The position numbers and the translations under genes are program-made. The notes under the pieces were generated by a model. That model did no database searches. It had not been told where the DNA came from and was given only the letters and a program-made list of their open reading frames with translations. This document shows, in pieces, positions 6,604 through 17,900 of a stretch of DNA of 32,000 nucleotides (position 1 is its first letter; the number at the start of each line of letters is the position of its first letter). Location: contig NQJD01000010.1 of NCBI GenBank assembly GCA_004284765.1, positions 30,275 through 62,274 on the forward strand. The letters run 5' to 3'. The stretch comes from Candidatus Electronema aureum. Lineage in GTDB: Bacteria > Desulfobacterota > Desulfobulbia > Desulfobulbales > Desulfobulbaceae.

Positions 6604-7707
6604 ATGCCCAGCACCTACAAACCCAGCAAACCCAACCACGTCGATTTTCTCGAAGCAACCTTCCGTAGAATTTTCCCTCAAGATACCGATGTTCGCGCCC
6701 AAGCCAAGGCAAGACTGGAGCAGCTGACCATGCCCTACTGGGCTTTGGGTGACCTGATGGATTTGGCCGTTGATCTATCTGGGATGACCCGTTCGCTGCG
6801 TCCGCCGGTACAGCGGAAACGAGTAGTGATCATGGTCGGTGATCATGGCGTGACAGCCGAAGGTGTGTCTAAGTTTCCGTCCGAAGTCACTGCGCAGATG
6901 GTCTATAATTTCGTTAATGGCGGCGCAGGCATCAACGCCCTTGCTCGGCAAGCACGGGCTGAAGTGACGGTGGTGGATATGGGTTGCGCAATTGATCTCT
7001 CCGCCTTAGTTACGGCAGGCAAAATTATCTCCAAAAAAATCGGCCCCGGCACGGCTAATATGGCTCTTGGACCAGCTATGACTCGCACTAATGCGGTCTT
7101 AGCGGTCGAGGCGGGCATTGAGGTAGCGGAGCAGTTGGCCTCGGAAACAGATATCTTTGCCACCGGTGATATGGGCATCGGCAACACCACCGCCAGCACC
7201 GCGATTGTCGCCGCCTTCACTGGCAAAAGCATTGACGAGCTGACCGGACGCGGCACCGGCCTTGACGATGCTCAATTTGAGCATAAGAAGAAGGTATTAG
7301 AACGCATCTTGCAAATCAACAAGCCAGATGCCAAGGACAGCTTGGATGTGCTAGCTAAGGTCGGCGGCTACGAGATCGCGGGCATTGCTGGGCTGATTAT
7401 CGGCGCAGCAGCGAATCGCAAGCCAGTGGTAGTCGATGGTTTCATCTCCAGTGCTGGGGCAATGATCGCCTGCAAGCTAGAACCGTTTGTTCGCGATTAT
7501 TTGATCTGCGCTCATCGTTCAGTGGAGCAGGGCCATGCGGCGATGCAGGAAAAGATTGGCTGCAAACCCCTGCTTGATCTGAAAATGCGTCTTGGTGAAG
7601 GCACTGGCGCGGCTCTGGCCTTCAATGTGGTCGAAGCAGCTGTAGCTGTGTTGACCGAGGTGGCCACCTTTGCCGAAGCCGGAGTGACCGGCACGCCGGT
7701 TTCATGA
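6604..7707 (+). CDS. cobT: Nicotinate-nucleotide--dimethylbenzimidazole phosphoribosyltransferase
   Basis: The GDMGIGNTTASTA motif, the overall CobT-like sequence (GVTAEGVS.FP.EVT.QMV.NF..GGAGIN) and the length all fit. The stop overlaps the cobS start (ATGA). Confidence 0.92.
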   Translation: MPSTYKPSKPNHVDFLEATFRRIFPQDTDVRAQAKARLEQLTMPYWALGDLMDLAVDLSGMTRSLRPPVQRKRVVIMVGDHGVTAEGVSKFPSEVTAQMVYNFVNGGAGINALARQARAEVTVVDMGCAIDLSALVTAGKIISKKIGPGTANMALGPAMTRTNAVLAVEAGIEVAEQLASETDIFATGDMGIGNTTASTAIVAAFTGKSIDELTGRGTGLDDAQFEHKKKVLERILQINKPDAKDSLDVLAKVGGYEIAGIAGLIIGAAANRKPVVVDGFISSAGAMIACKLEPFVRDYLICAHRSVEQGHAAMQEKIGCKPLLDLKMRLGEGTGAALAFNVVEAAVAVLTEVATFAEAGVTGTPVS

Positions 7708-8558
7708 ACCGCTGGCGAAAAAACCGGCGACGGAAGGAGCCACAGCCTCAGGAGGGCGGAGAGCAGAAGCAGGCTTTTCGTCCGATCTCGTTCGCTCCGC
7801 TCCTCCGTCCTTTTGGTTATCTTGCCGCTGCGTTTCGCTTTCTCACCCTTTTTCCTCTACCAGGCCGCCTCGGCACCACTGAGGAAGAGCTGGCTCACTC
7901 CGCCCCTTTTTTTCCCCTGATTGGCCTGCTGCTCGGCTGTATTGCCGCTCCCGCCGCCCAACTGTTGTTTTCGCTCCTGCCGCCCCTCCCTGCCGCTGTT
8001 CTACTCACTTTTATCCTGCTCGCCTTTTCTGGCGGCTTGCATTTAGATGGATTAGCTGACACCGCCGACGGCTTCTTCTCCGCCCGAAACAGAGAACGAA
8101 TGCTGGAAATCATGCGGGATTCCGCTGTCGGGCCGATGGGAGTCATCGCCTTAGTTCTTCTCCTTCTCTTTAAAACAGCCTGCCTTGCCTCTTTGAATGC
8201 GCAGCTCTTCTTCTCGGCAGCCTTTCTCATGCCTTTGGCGGGCCGCACCGCCATTCTCCTGCTCATGGCCCTGCTGCCCTATGCTCGCGAGGGCGGCTTA
8301 GGTAGTCTCTTTGCTGCCTATTTCAACAGCAGCAAAGCCTGGCTTGCTTCGTTGGCTGGCTTCCTCCTTTTCACTTGGGTTGCCCATGCTGCTGTCGGGC
8401 CACAGGGCATTGTTGCAGTCTTGGCAGTGTTGCTGCTGACTGTGCTGTTCGCTGTCCTCTGTCGCTGCAAAATCGGCGGTGCCACCGGTGACACCCTTGG
8501 CGCGGCTTGCGAGTTGGCCGAAGCTATCGCTCTTCTTGTTTTCGCCCTGAAAATTTAA
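7704..8558 (+). CDS. cobS: Adenosylcobinamide-GDP ribazoletransferase (cobalamin synthase)
   Basis: It is a polytopic membrane protein with FRFLTLFPLPG and GGLHLDGLADTADGFFS motifs. The charged 35-aa N-terminal extension makes the true start uncertain. Confidence 0.88.
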   Translation: MNRWRKNRRRKEPQPQEGGEQKQAFRPISFAPLLRPFGYLAAAFRFLTLFPLPGRLGTTEEELAHSAPFFPLIGLLLGCIAAPAAQLLFSLLPPLPAAVLLTFILLAFSGGLHLDGLADTADGFFSARNRERMLEIMRDSAVGPMGVIALVLLLLFKTACLASLNAQLFFSAAFLMPLAGRTAILLLMALLPYAREGGLGSLFAAYFNSSKAWLASLAGFLLFTWVAHAAVGPQGIVAVLAVLLLTVLFAVLCRCKIGGATGDTLGAACELAEAIALLVFALKI

Positions 8559-8693
8559 CTGCCGAGAAGGGCAAATTCAGACTATAATATATTCACGCGC
8601 TGTCCGTGCGGTAGGGAGAATCCTTGCCCTGCGCCACGAATCGAGTTTAGAACAGTATATTCCGCTGCACATCAAATTTATCGGAGGAACAAC

Positions 8694-9104
8694 ATGGCTC
8701 TTTATGACTGGAAAGATGACTATAGCGTCGGAGTTGCCCGTTTTGATAACCATCACAAACGGCTCTTTGACATTGCCAATCAGCTCCATGAGATGATGAA
8801 ACTTGGCAAAGGAGCCGATGTGATTGAACCCACACTTAGAGAATTAGTCGATTACACCAGATATCACCTTACCGAAGAGGAAAAGGTGATGGAGAGCATT
8901 GGTTACTCGAATATCGTTTCTCATAAAATGGCGCATAAAGTATTCACGGATCAGCTCAACGAGGCAATGGCAGAAGTCGATGCCGGAAAAACAATTTTTG
9001 TGGTAATCAAGATTGCCAAGACGGTTATTGACTGGCTGATCAATCATATTTACGTAATCGACAAAAAATATCTGCCGGAAATGAGCGCAGCAGGAATACG
9101 GTGA
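8694..9104 (+). CDS. Hemerythrin-like metal-binding protein (bacteriohemerythrin)
   Basis: It begins W.D.YSVGV..FDNHHKRLFD and carries the His/Glu/Asp ligand pattern (HH, H..EE, H..H, INHI..D). A GGAGGA SD lies 7 nt before the ATG. Confidence 0.88.
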   Translation: MALYDWKDDYSVGVARFDNHHKRLFDIANQLHEMMKLGKGADVIEPTLRELVDYTRYHLTEEEKVMESIGYSNIVSHKMAHKVFTDQLNEAMAEVDAGKTIFVVIKIAKTVIDWLINHIYVIDKKYLPEMSAAGIR

Positions 9105-9227
9105 GCAAGAGAAGCATTCTCTGACACCGCGCTGCCTTTCACCGCCTCATTTCCGCCCGCAGGCAAGAGTCAGCCGAGGGGCTGCGCAGAGTTGCGGACA
9201 GCCCCCTCCGCTCCTTTTCTATTCAGG

Positions 9228-12200
9228 ATGCTGATGCTTATTTCCATGCAACAGAGCGTACCTTTTTACCGAAGACTTCGTTTCAGCATGATCATGACCG
9301 TGCTGCTGCTCGTTACCATGATCAGCGGCACCAGCATTTTGATCAGCTATCATGTGACCGGCAGAAAAATTCAACGGGACATGAATGATGATTTTTTAAG
9401 CACAGAACAGGCGGTGGATACCTTTCTGACGCTTTCTGTCGGTCAGCTCCGCGCGGCTACCGAGGCTGCTGCTGAAGAGTTTGTCATTCGCACCACTGCC
9501 AAACAGCAATTTCTCCTTGCTGATGTCGTGCAAAATTGGGAGCAGAAAAGTGAGATTGATATTCTTTTCTTTTTTGACAGCAAGGAAGGAGTCATCGCTG
9601 TGTCGGATGAAAACCGCTCTGCTGCGCTGGAGCTGGCTGCTCATCCAACCATCATAGAAAAAATAACCCAAGCAGAGTCGTTCAGTTTAACTTTGCTCGC
9701 AGGCCCAGAAACAGGTGAGCTAAAACAGAAAAAATTCTTTTTAATCGCGGGCACACCAATCCAGAACGACATAGACCCGGAGAAAAAGCTCTTCGTCCTC
9801 AGCGGCTATATGTTAGACAGTGATTTTCTCAGTCGGATACCGGTGCACCGTCGCATGGGCATCAGTTTGGTGAGCAATAACACTTTATTGGCCACCAGCC
9901 TTGCTGTTGAAATTTACGGCCAGAATCCACAGAATGATCGGGTAGTTCTATTGCCAGGCGCATTGGACATGACTTACGAAAGCTCTTTTTTCAAAGAAAA
10001 GATGCATATAAAAAGTAAGTACGTCCCTTTGATGAAGAACAGCTCACCTAATTTTCTCATTATCTCTCATCCTGCCAGATTGATTCTGGCAACAGACAAG
10101 GAATTTGGCCAGCATTTTCTTATCCTTTTCTTTGTTGGCCTTTGCTCTTCCTTGATTTCCGTTTTGTTCATTACTGGCTCAGTGCTCAATCCGATCAACG
10201 AACTCCAGCGGTTGGTAAGTAAGATCAGCAAAGGCGATTACAGCGACCGGATTGACACCAGCGTGAATAATGAGTTCACGCCTCTGACTATTGAATTCAA
10301 CAGAATGTTGGATTTGATCAAGAAAAAAGACGACGAGCTGTCCGATCGGGTTGAGGCAAAGACCAAAGAACTGCAACAACAAAATATTTTTATCGACAAT
10401 CTGCTTCGCTCCTCGCAGATCATGGCTATTGCCGCTACGGACATGGATTTTCATGTCACGTACTTTAATCCGGTGGCAGAAAAGCTGTTCGGCTATAGGG
10501 CAGCAGAGGTGATCGGCAAAAAAGTAACGCGCTTCCAAGTCCACATCAAAGATCAAGAAGAGGCCTTCAATCAGCTGATCGTGCAGGCGTTGGAAAAAGG
10601 CTCGCACACGTTTACCATCAGCACTTCAGACATGCTCACCTATGATCTGGCGGATACTGCTGGTCGCGATCTGAAAACCGGCAACCATCAGCGGACCATT
10701 GAAGTCTATCTTTCTCCCATTCGCGCACAGGATGGCGATCAAGCCACCGGCCTGATGCTTATGGCTCAGGACATCAGTAAAGCCAGAGAGATGGACGAAC
10801 GCTTGCACGCGGCACTTGCTGAACTCCAAGTGATCATTGACAACACCATGCTTGGCCTGATTTTGGTGCAAGATGACCGAATTGTCCGAATTAATACCAC
10901 CTTTGAAGGCATGTTCGGCTACAGCTATAATGAAATCAAGGAAACATCTTGGCCCGTGTTCTACACCTCTGTTTTTGCAGGAAGAGAGGCCGAGTGCTGG
11001 GATGGCAGCGGGCGAATGTTTTTCATGTTTCGCAAGGCGGTAGATGGAGAAGAAGCCCAGCCGTTTTGGAGCAAAGTGCGGCGAGTCGCGATTAACGATG
11101 AGCATCAGCCAGACATGCGGCGAGAACTGTTCCTCTTTGAGGATATGAGCAGTCAGAACGAGATGTTTGAGAAAATCCAGCGTCTTAGTCAAGCAGTGGA
11201 GCAGAGTTCCAACTCAGTGGTGATCACTGACACCCAAGGCGTGGTGGAGTATGTCAATCGTACTTTTGTCAAGCTAACCGGCTATCAGGCGACTGAAGTC
11301 ATTGGCAGAAATCTTTCCATGCTTTCGCCTGACCCAGCAGTGTACGAGATTATGTGGGCGGCAGTGCGGGCTGGACAGGAATGGACTGGCGAATTAGTCA
11401 ACCGCAAGAAAAACGGTGATCTCTATGAAGAGAATGTAGTGGTTTCGCCGATCCGCAACGAGCAAAACGAGATCACCCATTTTGTTGCCACCAAAGAAAA
11501 CATTACTGACTTGAAAAAGGCTCGGCAACAGGCAGATGCGGCCAACAAAGCCAAGAGCGAGTTTCTTGCCAAAATGAGTCATGAAATTCGCACGCCGATG
11601 AATTCTATCATCGGCATGACCGAAATTCTCTTGGACAGCAAGCTGCCGCAAGAGCAGCGCGGCTATCTGGAAAACGTCAACAGCTCGGCCTCGGTGCTGC
11701 TTTCGCTGATCAATGATATTCTTGATTTTTCTAAGATCGAAGCCGGGCGGTTGGAGTTAGACAGGCACCCCTTCAGCATCCGCCATCTGGCCGAGGAGAT
11801 CATCGCCACGCTCAAGATACTGGCCGAGCAGAAAGGCATCGAGCTGGGGTTAGAGATCAACGATGACAGCAGCTGTTCACCCTTAGGCGACTCCCTGCGC
11901 ATCCGGCAGGTGCTGCTCAATTTAGTCGGCAACGCGATCAAGTTCACCCGCAGAGGCTATGTAGCATTGGAGATAGATGTTCATGCCGATGGCGAGCATG
12001 TCTGCGCGGCGGATTTCAGGATTGTTGATACCGGCATCGGCATCGCCAAAGAGCAGCAGGAGAAAATTTTCGCCGATTTCACGCAAGCGGATAACTCAAT
12101 CACCCGTGATTACGGCGGCACGGGTCTCGGCTTATCTATCAGCAGCCGTTTGGTGCAGATGATGGGCAGCAAAATTGAGCTGGAAAGTGAGCAGGGAAAA

Positions 12201-13112
12201 GGTAGCACCTTCTCGTTCTCCCTATTGTTAGAGAACGGCGGGGACAAGGCAGCAGCGGATATGCGGCGAGCAGAAGAACATATCAGGCCGGTGGTGAGAA
12301 GATTAGACATTCTCTTGGTTGAAGATAATCCGGCCAATCAGCAACTGGCGGTTATTCTGTTAGTCAAGCAGGGACATCGAGTTACAGTGGCAGGTAGTGG
12401 TGCGGAAGCCTTGGTTTGCTTGAGCAAATACCGTTATGATCTGGTTTTCATGGACATGCAGATGCCGGTGATGGACGGCCTCACCGCCACCCGGCATATC
12501 CGGCAGATTGAGCAAGGGCAACCTGCTGACTTGCCCAAGGATTTGGCTGAAATTGGAGAACGCCTCAAAGATCAATTGGCAGACGGGCATCTGTATATCA
12601 TTGCAGTAACGGCTAATGCCCTCCAAGAAGACCGGCAGCAATGTCTTGATGCAGGCATGGACGAATACCTGAGTAAACCGTATAAAAAAATTTCCATGCT
12701 GAGAGTCTTGCAAACCTTTGATCGGTGCGAATTAGAGCCGCAGGCTCATCAAACCAAAAGCGTACCAGCGCAGGCAAAGGAAGAGACAGCGGCAGTGTCG
12801 CGGGCAGCGGTCAAGCAGCACATTATTAAACAGTTTGAGTTAGAGCAGGATGATGCCGAGGAAGTGTTGGCCGCTTATGCTGATTCCCTCAAGGAAAACC
12901 TCCGTAATTTGCGGCAGTGTCTTGCGGACGAACAAGGAGTGGAAGCCGGACGGCAGGCCCATGCGATTAAGGGAGGACTGCTCAACCTTGGTTTAGAACA
13001 GCTGGCGCAGACGGCTTTGGTTTTAGAAAAAGAATTGCCGAAAAACATCGAAAGCAGGCACCTAAAGATGATCGATCAATTATTCGCGGCACTCGAGGAG
13101 TTCATGGCATGA
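9228..13112 (+). CDS. Hybrid sensor histidine kinase: TM, ~270-aa extracytoplasmic domain, TM, HAMP, 3 PAS, HisKA, HATPase, REC, Hpt
   Basis: H-box MSHEIRTPMN; N-box LVGNAIKFT; G-boxes DTGIGI and GGTGLGLSIS; REC LVFMDMQMPVMDG...SKPY; Hpt HAIKGGLLNLG. PAS example: VVITDTQGVVEYVNRTFVKLTGY. The ORF track starts at a TTG at 9192. I prefer the first ATG at 9228, but the start is uncertain. Confidence 0.9.
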   Translation: MLMLISMQQSVPFYRRLRFSMIMTVLLLVTMISGTSILISYHVTGRKIQRDMNDDFLSTEQAVDTFLTLSVGQLRAATEAAAEEFVIRTTAKQQFLLADVVQNWEQKSEIDILFFFDSKEGVIAVSDENRSAALELAAHPTIIEKITQAESFSLTLLAGPETGELKQKKFFLIAGTPIQNDIDPEKKLFVLSGYMLDSDFLSRIPVHRRMGISLVSNNTLLATSLAVEIYGQNPQNDRVVLLPGALDMTYESSFFKEKMHIKSKYVPLMKNSSPNFLIISHPARLILATDKEFGQHFLILFFVGLCSSLISVLFITGSVLNPINELQRLVSKISKGDYSDRIDTSVNNEFTPLTIEFNRMLDLIKKKDDELSDRVEAKTKELQQQNIFIDNLLRSSQIMAIAATDMDFHVTYFNPVAEKLFGYRAAEVIGKKVTRFQVHIKDQEEAFNQLIVQALEKGSHTFTISTSDMLTYDLADTAGRDLKTGNHQRTIEVYLSPIRAQDGDQATGLMLMAQDISKAREMDERLHAALAELQVIIDNTMLGLILVQDDRIVRINTTFEGMFGYSYNEIKETSWPVFYTSVFAGREAECWDGSGRMFFMFRKAVDGEEAQPFWSKVRRVAINDEHQPDMRRELFLFEDMSSQNEMFEKIQRLSQAVEQSSNSVVITDTQGVVEYVNRTFVKLTGYQATEVIGRNLSMLSPDPAVYEIMWAAVRAGQEWTGELVNRKKNGDLYEENVVVSPIRNEQNEITHFVATKENITDLKKARQQADAANKAKSEFLAKMSHEIRTPMNSIIGMTEILLDSKLPQEQRGYLENVNSSASVLLSLINDILDFSKIEAGRLELDRHPFSIRHLAEEIIATLKILAEQKGIELGLEINDDSSCSPLGDSLRIRQVLLNLVGNAIKFTRRGYVALEIDVHADGEHVCAADFRIVDTGIGIAKEQQEKIFADFTQADNSITRDYGGTGLGLSISSRLVQMMGSKIELESEQGKGSTFSFSLLLENGGDKAAADMRRAEEHIRPVVRRLDILLVEDNPANQQLAVILLVKQGHRVTVAGSGAEALVCLSKYRYDLVFMDMQMPVMDGLTATRHIRQIEQGQPADLPKDLAEIGERLKDQLADGHLYIIAVTANALQEDRQQCLDAGMDEYLSKPYKKISMLRVLQTFDRCELEPQAHQTKSVPAQAKEETAAVSRAAVKQHIIKQFELEQDDAEEVLAAYADSLKENLRNLRQCLADEQGVEAGRQAHAIKGGLLNLGLEQLAQTALVLEKELPKNIESRHLKMIDQLFAALEEFMA

Positions 13113-13615
13113 GGCCGCTAATCGTTACTTTTATTGGCTGGCACAGCTGCGGCAAGACCACCTTAGCCGCCCACGTTGTCCGCCAATTCAAGAAACGCGG
13201 CTATCGGGTGGCAGTGGTCAAATCGACCAAAGACCGTGGCCTTTTTCCTGATCAGGCGGGTACAGATACCGCTATTCACCGACAGGCGGGTGCAGACGCA
13301 GTAGCCTTGGTTACGCCAGACCGAATGCTGATCACAGTAGAAAATCAGGCCAAAGATTTAGCCGCCATTGCCCGCTGTTTTTTTGCCGATATGGATATCG
13401 TCATCGGCGAGGGCTTCAAAGAAGCGGAAGGTGTTCCTAAGATCGAGGTCTTCCGGGGCAGCGGCCCACGCCTACGTGATCAGGTGAGCGGCGTAATTGC
13501 CGTGGCCTCTGACTGTGGCTTGATTGAAGAAAACAGCTTCGGCTTGCACGAGAGCAGCAGGCTTGCCAATTTTATTGAAGAACACTTTTTAAATTTCCCA
13601 AGGAAACCATCATGA
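13109..13615 (+). CDS. mobB: MobB-like P-loop protein (molybdopterin-guanine dinucleotide biosynthesis adapter family)
   Basis: Walker A GWHSCGKTT is present. It is collinear with E. coli MobB blocks (G.RVAVVK.T, G.D....R.AGA, VIGEGFK, PKIEVFR, VIAVASD). The start overlaps the kinase stop (ATGA) and the stop overlaps the next start (ATGA). Confidence 0.8.
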   Translation: MRPLIVTFIGWHSCGKTTLAAHVVRQFKKRGYRVAVVKSTKDRGLFPDQAGTDTAIHRQAGADAVALVTPDRMLITVENQAKDLAAIARCFFADMDIVIGEGFKEAEGVPKIEVFRGSGPRLRDQVSGVIAVASDCGLIEENSFGLHESSRLANFIEEHFLNFPRKPS

Positions 13616-14787
13616 TTCACACTCAATCATTCACCGTTACCCAACCTACCCGTATCCGCTTCGGTGTCGGTGCCGTCAACGAACTCGGCAGCACGGTGAA
13701 GGAGTTCAAGGGCAGCAAGGTACTGCTGGTCATTGATCCCGGTTTAGTCAAGGCGGGCCTGTTGCCTAAGCTCACCGCCTCGCTGGAGCAGGAGCAGCTT
13801 TCTTTTGTTGTTTATGACCAAGTTGACCCAGAACCGGGCTTGAAGCTGGCCGACCAAGCCTATGCCATTGCCAAAGAAGCAGGCTGCGACTGCGTGATCG
13901 GCGCGGGCGGCGGCTCGGCAATGGATGTAGCGAAAGCGGTGTCCATCCTGCTGACTAACGGCGGCAAGGCGGCGGATTACCTCGGCCTGGGCTTGATTAA
14001 AAAAGCGGGTGTGCCAAAAATCATGGTGCCGACTTCGGCAGGCACTGGCGCGGAAGTGACCTTCACTGCTGTCTTCATCAACGAAGAAACCGGCTCCAAA
14101 GGCGGTATGAACGGCGACCCGCTTTACCCGGACGCAGCTATTCTCGACCCAGAGCTGACAATCAGCCTACCGCCAAAAGTCACGGCCTACACTGGCATTG
14201 ACGCGCTTACTCATGCGCTGGAGGCTTACACCTCCACTCAAGCGCACGTGCTTTCCGAAATGTATTCGCTGGAGGCGATCAGTTTGATTGCCGAAAACCT
14301 ACCAGCAGCCTGCGCACATGGCGGCAATATAGAGGCAAGATCAGCCATGCTGATGGGTTCGCTACTTGGCGGCAAAGCACTGGCTATCGCTGGAGTTGGG
14401 CTGGTTCATGCAATGGCCTATCCGCTGGGTGGCATGTTCGGTATTCCGCACGGCTTGGCTAACGCGGTGTTGCTGCCCTATGTGGTGCAGTACAATCTGC
14501 CCGGCAATTTGAAAAAATTTGCAACCTTGGCCGAGGTGCTGGGTCAGAATACCGACGGACTGTCCTTGCGCGAGGCAGCCCAGCTTTGCGTTGATGCACT
14601 TTTTGCCCTCAATGCTGACGTGGGCATTCCGGCCACGCTGGAAGAATTAGATATTCCGGCAGACAAAATTCCAGAAATGGCTAAAATTGCCCTCACTGTG
14701 GCCCGTCCTGTGGCTAATAATCCCCGCAGGCCGACGCTGGATGAGGTCATTGCCCTGTACGAGCAGGCGTGGCGACCTGCTGCCTAA
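13612..14787 (+). CDS. Iron-containing (group III) alcohol dehydrogenase
   Basis: Motifs GAGGGSAMDVAK, DALTHALEAY and VHAMAYPLGG.FGIPHGLANA are present. Substrate is not assignable from sequence. Confidence 0.9.
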   Translation: MIHTQSFTVTQPTRIRFGVGAVNELGSTVKEFKGSKVLLVIDPGLVKAGLLPKLTASLEQEQLSFVVYDQVDPEPGLKLADQAYAIAKEAGCDCVIGAGGGSAMDVAKAVSILLTNGGKAADYLGLGLIKKAGVPKIMVPTSAGTGAEVTFTAVFINEETGSKGGMNGDPLYPDAAILDPELTISLPPKVTAYTGIDALTHALEAYTSTQAHVLSEMYSLEAISLIAENLPAACAHGGNIEARSAMLMGSLLGGKALAIAGVGLVHAMAYPLGGMFGIPHGLANAVLLPYVVQYNLPGNLKKFATLAEVLGQNTDGLSLREAAQLCVDALFALNADVGIPATLEELDIPADKIPEMAKIALTVARPVANNPRRPTLDEVIALYEQAWRPAA

Positions 14788-14820
14788 TTCAGGCCAGCGG
14801 GAAAACTTCAGCCGTGTCGG

Positions 14821-14846
14821 TCCTTTTTCCTTTACAAGAAAAAGGA
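14821..14846 (+). terminator. Hairpin after the ADH gene (9-bp stem TCCTTTTTC/GAAAAAGGA, 8-nt loop), a possible terminator
   Basis: It lies 34 nt after the stop codon. There is no canonical trailing U-tract, so the assignment is weak. Confidence 0.3.
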
Positions 14847-14931
14847 TACGCCTACAATGTACAGTCAGCAGAAACCGTCGCCTTCTTGGGTAGCGGAACG
14901 GTAGCGTTCCTCTGCCGAGACATACGCCAGC

Positions 14932-17900
14932 ATGAAGAAAAACAGCACATTATTCATTCGCTACGCCATGATGGCGGCAGGTCTGGTCGGATTAGTCCTT
15001 CTGGGCGGGATGTTTGTTGTCTATAATCACCGACAGCATCTTACCCAAGATGTTAAGATTTATCGTTACGCCTTGGCGCAAGAGGCTGAGGCTCTTCGCC
15101 AGACTTACAATCAGCTGATCAGCATTTCCAATCTCTTAGTCAAAAATCCGGTGGTGATTAACTCATTAGACCGGCATTTGAACGGACAGGAAGCTACCGA
15201 AATTGCTACAGGTATGGTGGACAGAAATTTGGAGGCCATTGCTGCGATTGAAAACGTTTCCTCGGTCTTCCTCGTTAGCTTAGATGGAGCCTGTCTCTAT
15301 TCCAGCCAAAAAGAGCAGGTAGGGAAAAATTACAGCGAGAGCAATTACGTCCGCAACACGCTCAGAACCGGCAGCGGCCTCTATGCGATGATGAATGTCG
15401 CCTCAGGTCGCACTGGTTTGTATTATGCCCAAGCGATCAAAAACGGCAGTCTGAGAATTGGCGTAGCCGTGTTAGAAATCAGGCCAAGTTTCTTCTATCT
15501 TCATTCGTTTACTACTCCTTTCACCGAAGAAACGCCCCAGTCTTCAGATGTCCGCATCGGCCTGAGTACAGACAGCAACATCTTACTCAACACCACAGAA
15601 GGATCGTTGGTTTCAATCCAACCGCTGCCCGACGATTTTTTGCCAAAGGCTCTGCCTCCGCAGTCTGTGATTCAGTCGTTAGATTTTCCTAACTACAACA
15701 AAGAGGCACTGATCAGCTCTGGCTTCCTTAAACTGAAAAGCAACACCGGCAGCACATATTATTTTTTTCACCAAGCTATTGTTAGCAGAAGCCTTTCTTT
15801 GATCCATATAATCAGCAAGGACTGGTTTCATCGCAACTACCATCCTGCCTCATCTGATTATTCTGGCTACTTGATCATGCTCGGCGGTATGCTTTCGGTC
15901 ATGCTTGGCCTGCTTTGGATGGTCAATCGGCGGCACAGCCAAGTTTTACTGGCTGCTGAGACCCTCAAAAACGAGGCCGAGCAGCGAATTGTAGATAAAG
16001 AAAAATATGAAGCGATCATCAACCGCAATCCGCAGGGTTTTTGGTTGAACGACTTTACCACAGGCATCATTCTGGAGGTCAACCAGAGCCTTTGTCAGCT
16101 GCTGGGTCTTGAGGCCGAAGATATCGTCGGACATTATCCTGATGAGTTCATTATCCGCAGTGAAGAGGAAAATACTAATACCTACACTGAAAGCAGGTAC
16201 CAAGGCGACATCTCATGTGAAGGCAAACTGCGGCTGCGCAGCCAAGTTGCTAATGTGCTGATCAACTCCTCCTGCATCTTAGTGCCTGGTTATGCTGACA
16301 GAATTTGTTTCTCCTTTTTTGCTGATATCTCCGAGCGAAAAAAAGAGCAAGAACAGCTTTTTCTCTTTTCGCAGGCGGTGGAGCAAAGCACCAGTGCTAT
16401 TGTCATCACCGACCAGTACGCCTGCATTGCCTATGTTAATTCAGCTTTCACCGAACTGACCGGCTGGAGTCGAGATGAAATTCATGGCACTGATCCGGCT
16501 CTCTTGACCGCAGGCGAACGAGATACCGCTCTCAGTCAAGAAATTTGGCAAAAAATCACCAATGGCGGGACGTGGAAGGGATTTCTCCTTGGTCGAAAAA
16601 AAGACGGATCAACCTACTGGGAGGGGCAGACCGTCTGTCCATTATATGATGACAAAGGCCGAATCACCTATTATCTTGCCATTAAGAACGACATCACCCA
16701 GCGGCTGGAGCTGGAAAGAAAATTCAAGGCGCAGTTGGCCAAGTTAGAGCTGATGGTCGAACATGCGGCTATCGGTATCGCTCATGTAGTGGAGCATCAG
16801 TTCGCTTGGGCCAGTCGGGCAGCGGTGGAAATGTTTGGTTATACGGACTGGGAAGATATTGCTTCGCTACCCCTTGCCGTGATTTTTGAAAACGAGGAAG
16901 CGCATCAAAACACACTCCGCCTTTCGCAGGAACTTTTTGCTCAAGATCAGATTTTTCATGCCGACCAGCAGATGCGGCGCAGAGACGGTAGTCTGTTCTG
17001 GTGTTCGCTGACCGGTAAAATCATTGATCCTTTGGCCCCAGAACAAGGTGCGGTCTGGTTGACCAAAGACATCAGCCGCCAGAAGGAAGAGGAACGACAA
17101 CTTCAGTTAGCCAAAGAGCGGGCCGAGCAGGCGAATCAGGCAAAAAATGATTTTCTTGCCAACATCAGCCATGAAATTCGCACACCGATGAATGCCATCC
17201 TCGGCATGAGCGACTTGGCACTAAAAAGCAACCTGAACGAAGAACAGCAGAAGTATATCACTACAGTGAACGAAGCAGCGGCTTCGCTTATGGGTCTGCT
17301 GAATGACATTCTTGATTTTTCTAAAATAGAATCGCCCTCATTCCAGCTGGAGCCTGCACCATTTAAATTGGAACGAACGGTGAATGATGCAGTACAAACC
17401 TTCAAATATCCGGCAGAGAAAAAGGGGCTATGCCTGCGCTGGGTTATCGAGCCAGATGTCCCGGCTTTTGTTGAAGGAGATGCATTGCGTTTGCAGCAGA
17501 TTCTTGTTAAGCTGCTCAATAATAGCATAAAATTCAGCGAGCAGGGACGAGTGGTAGTCCGGGTAGCAGTGCAGGAGCGCGATGCGGAGAACATTGTACT
17601 CATGTTCCAAGTCAGTGACAAGGGCATCGGGATTGCCAAAGATAAACAGGAAACCATTTTTGACCTGTTTGTCCAAGTTGATACCAGTCTCCGCCGCGAA
17701 AATTCTGGTACGGGCCTCGGGTTGACCATTTGCCGCAAGCTCTGCGAATTGATGGGTGGCACGATCAGTGTGGAGAGCGAGCTGGGGCAAGGCAGTGTTT
17801 TCACCTTCACCGCGCGGTTAAAAAACATCAGCGGCGAGACAGCGGCAGAGATGGAGGATGTTGTGAATCGCATCGGAACGCTGCGTGTTTTAGTGGTTGA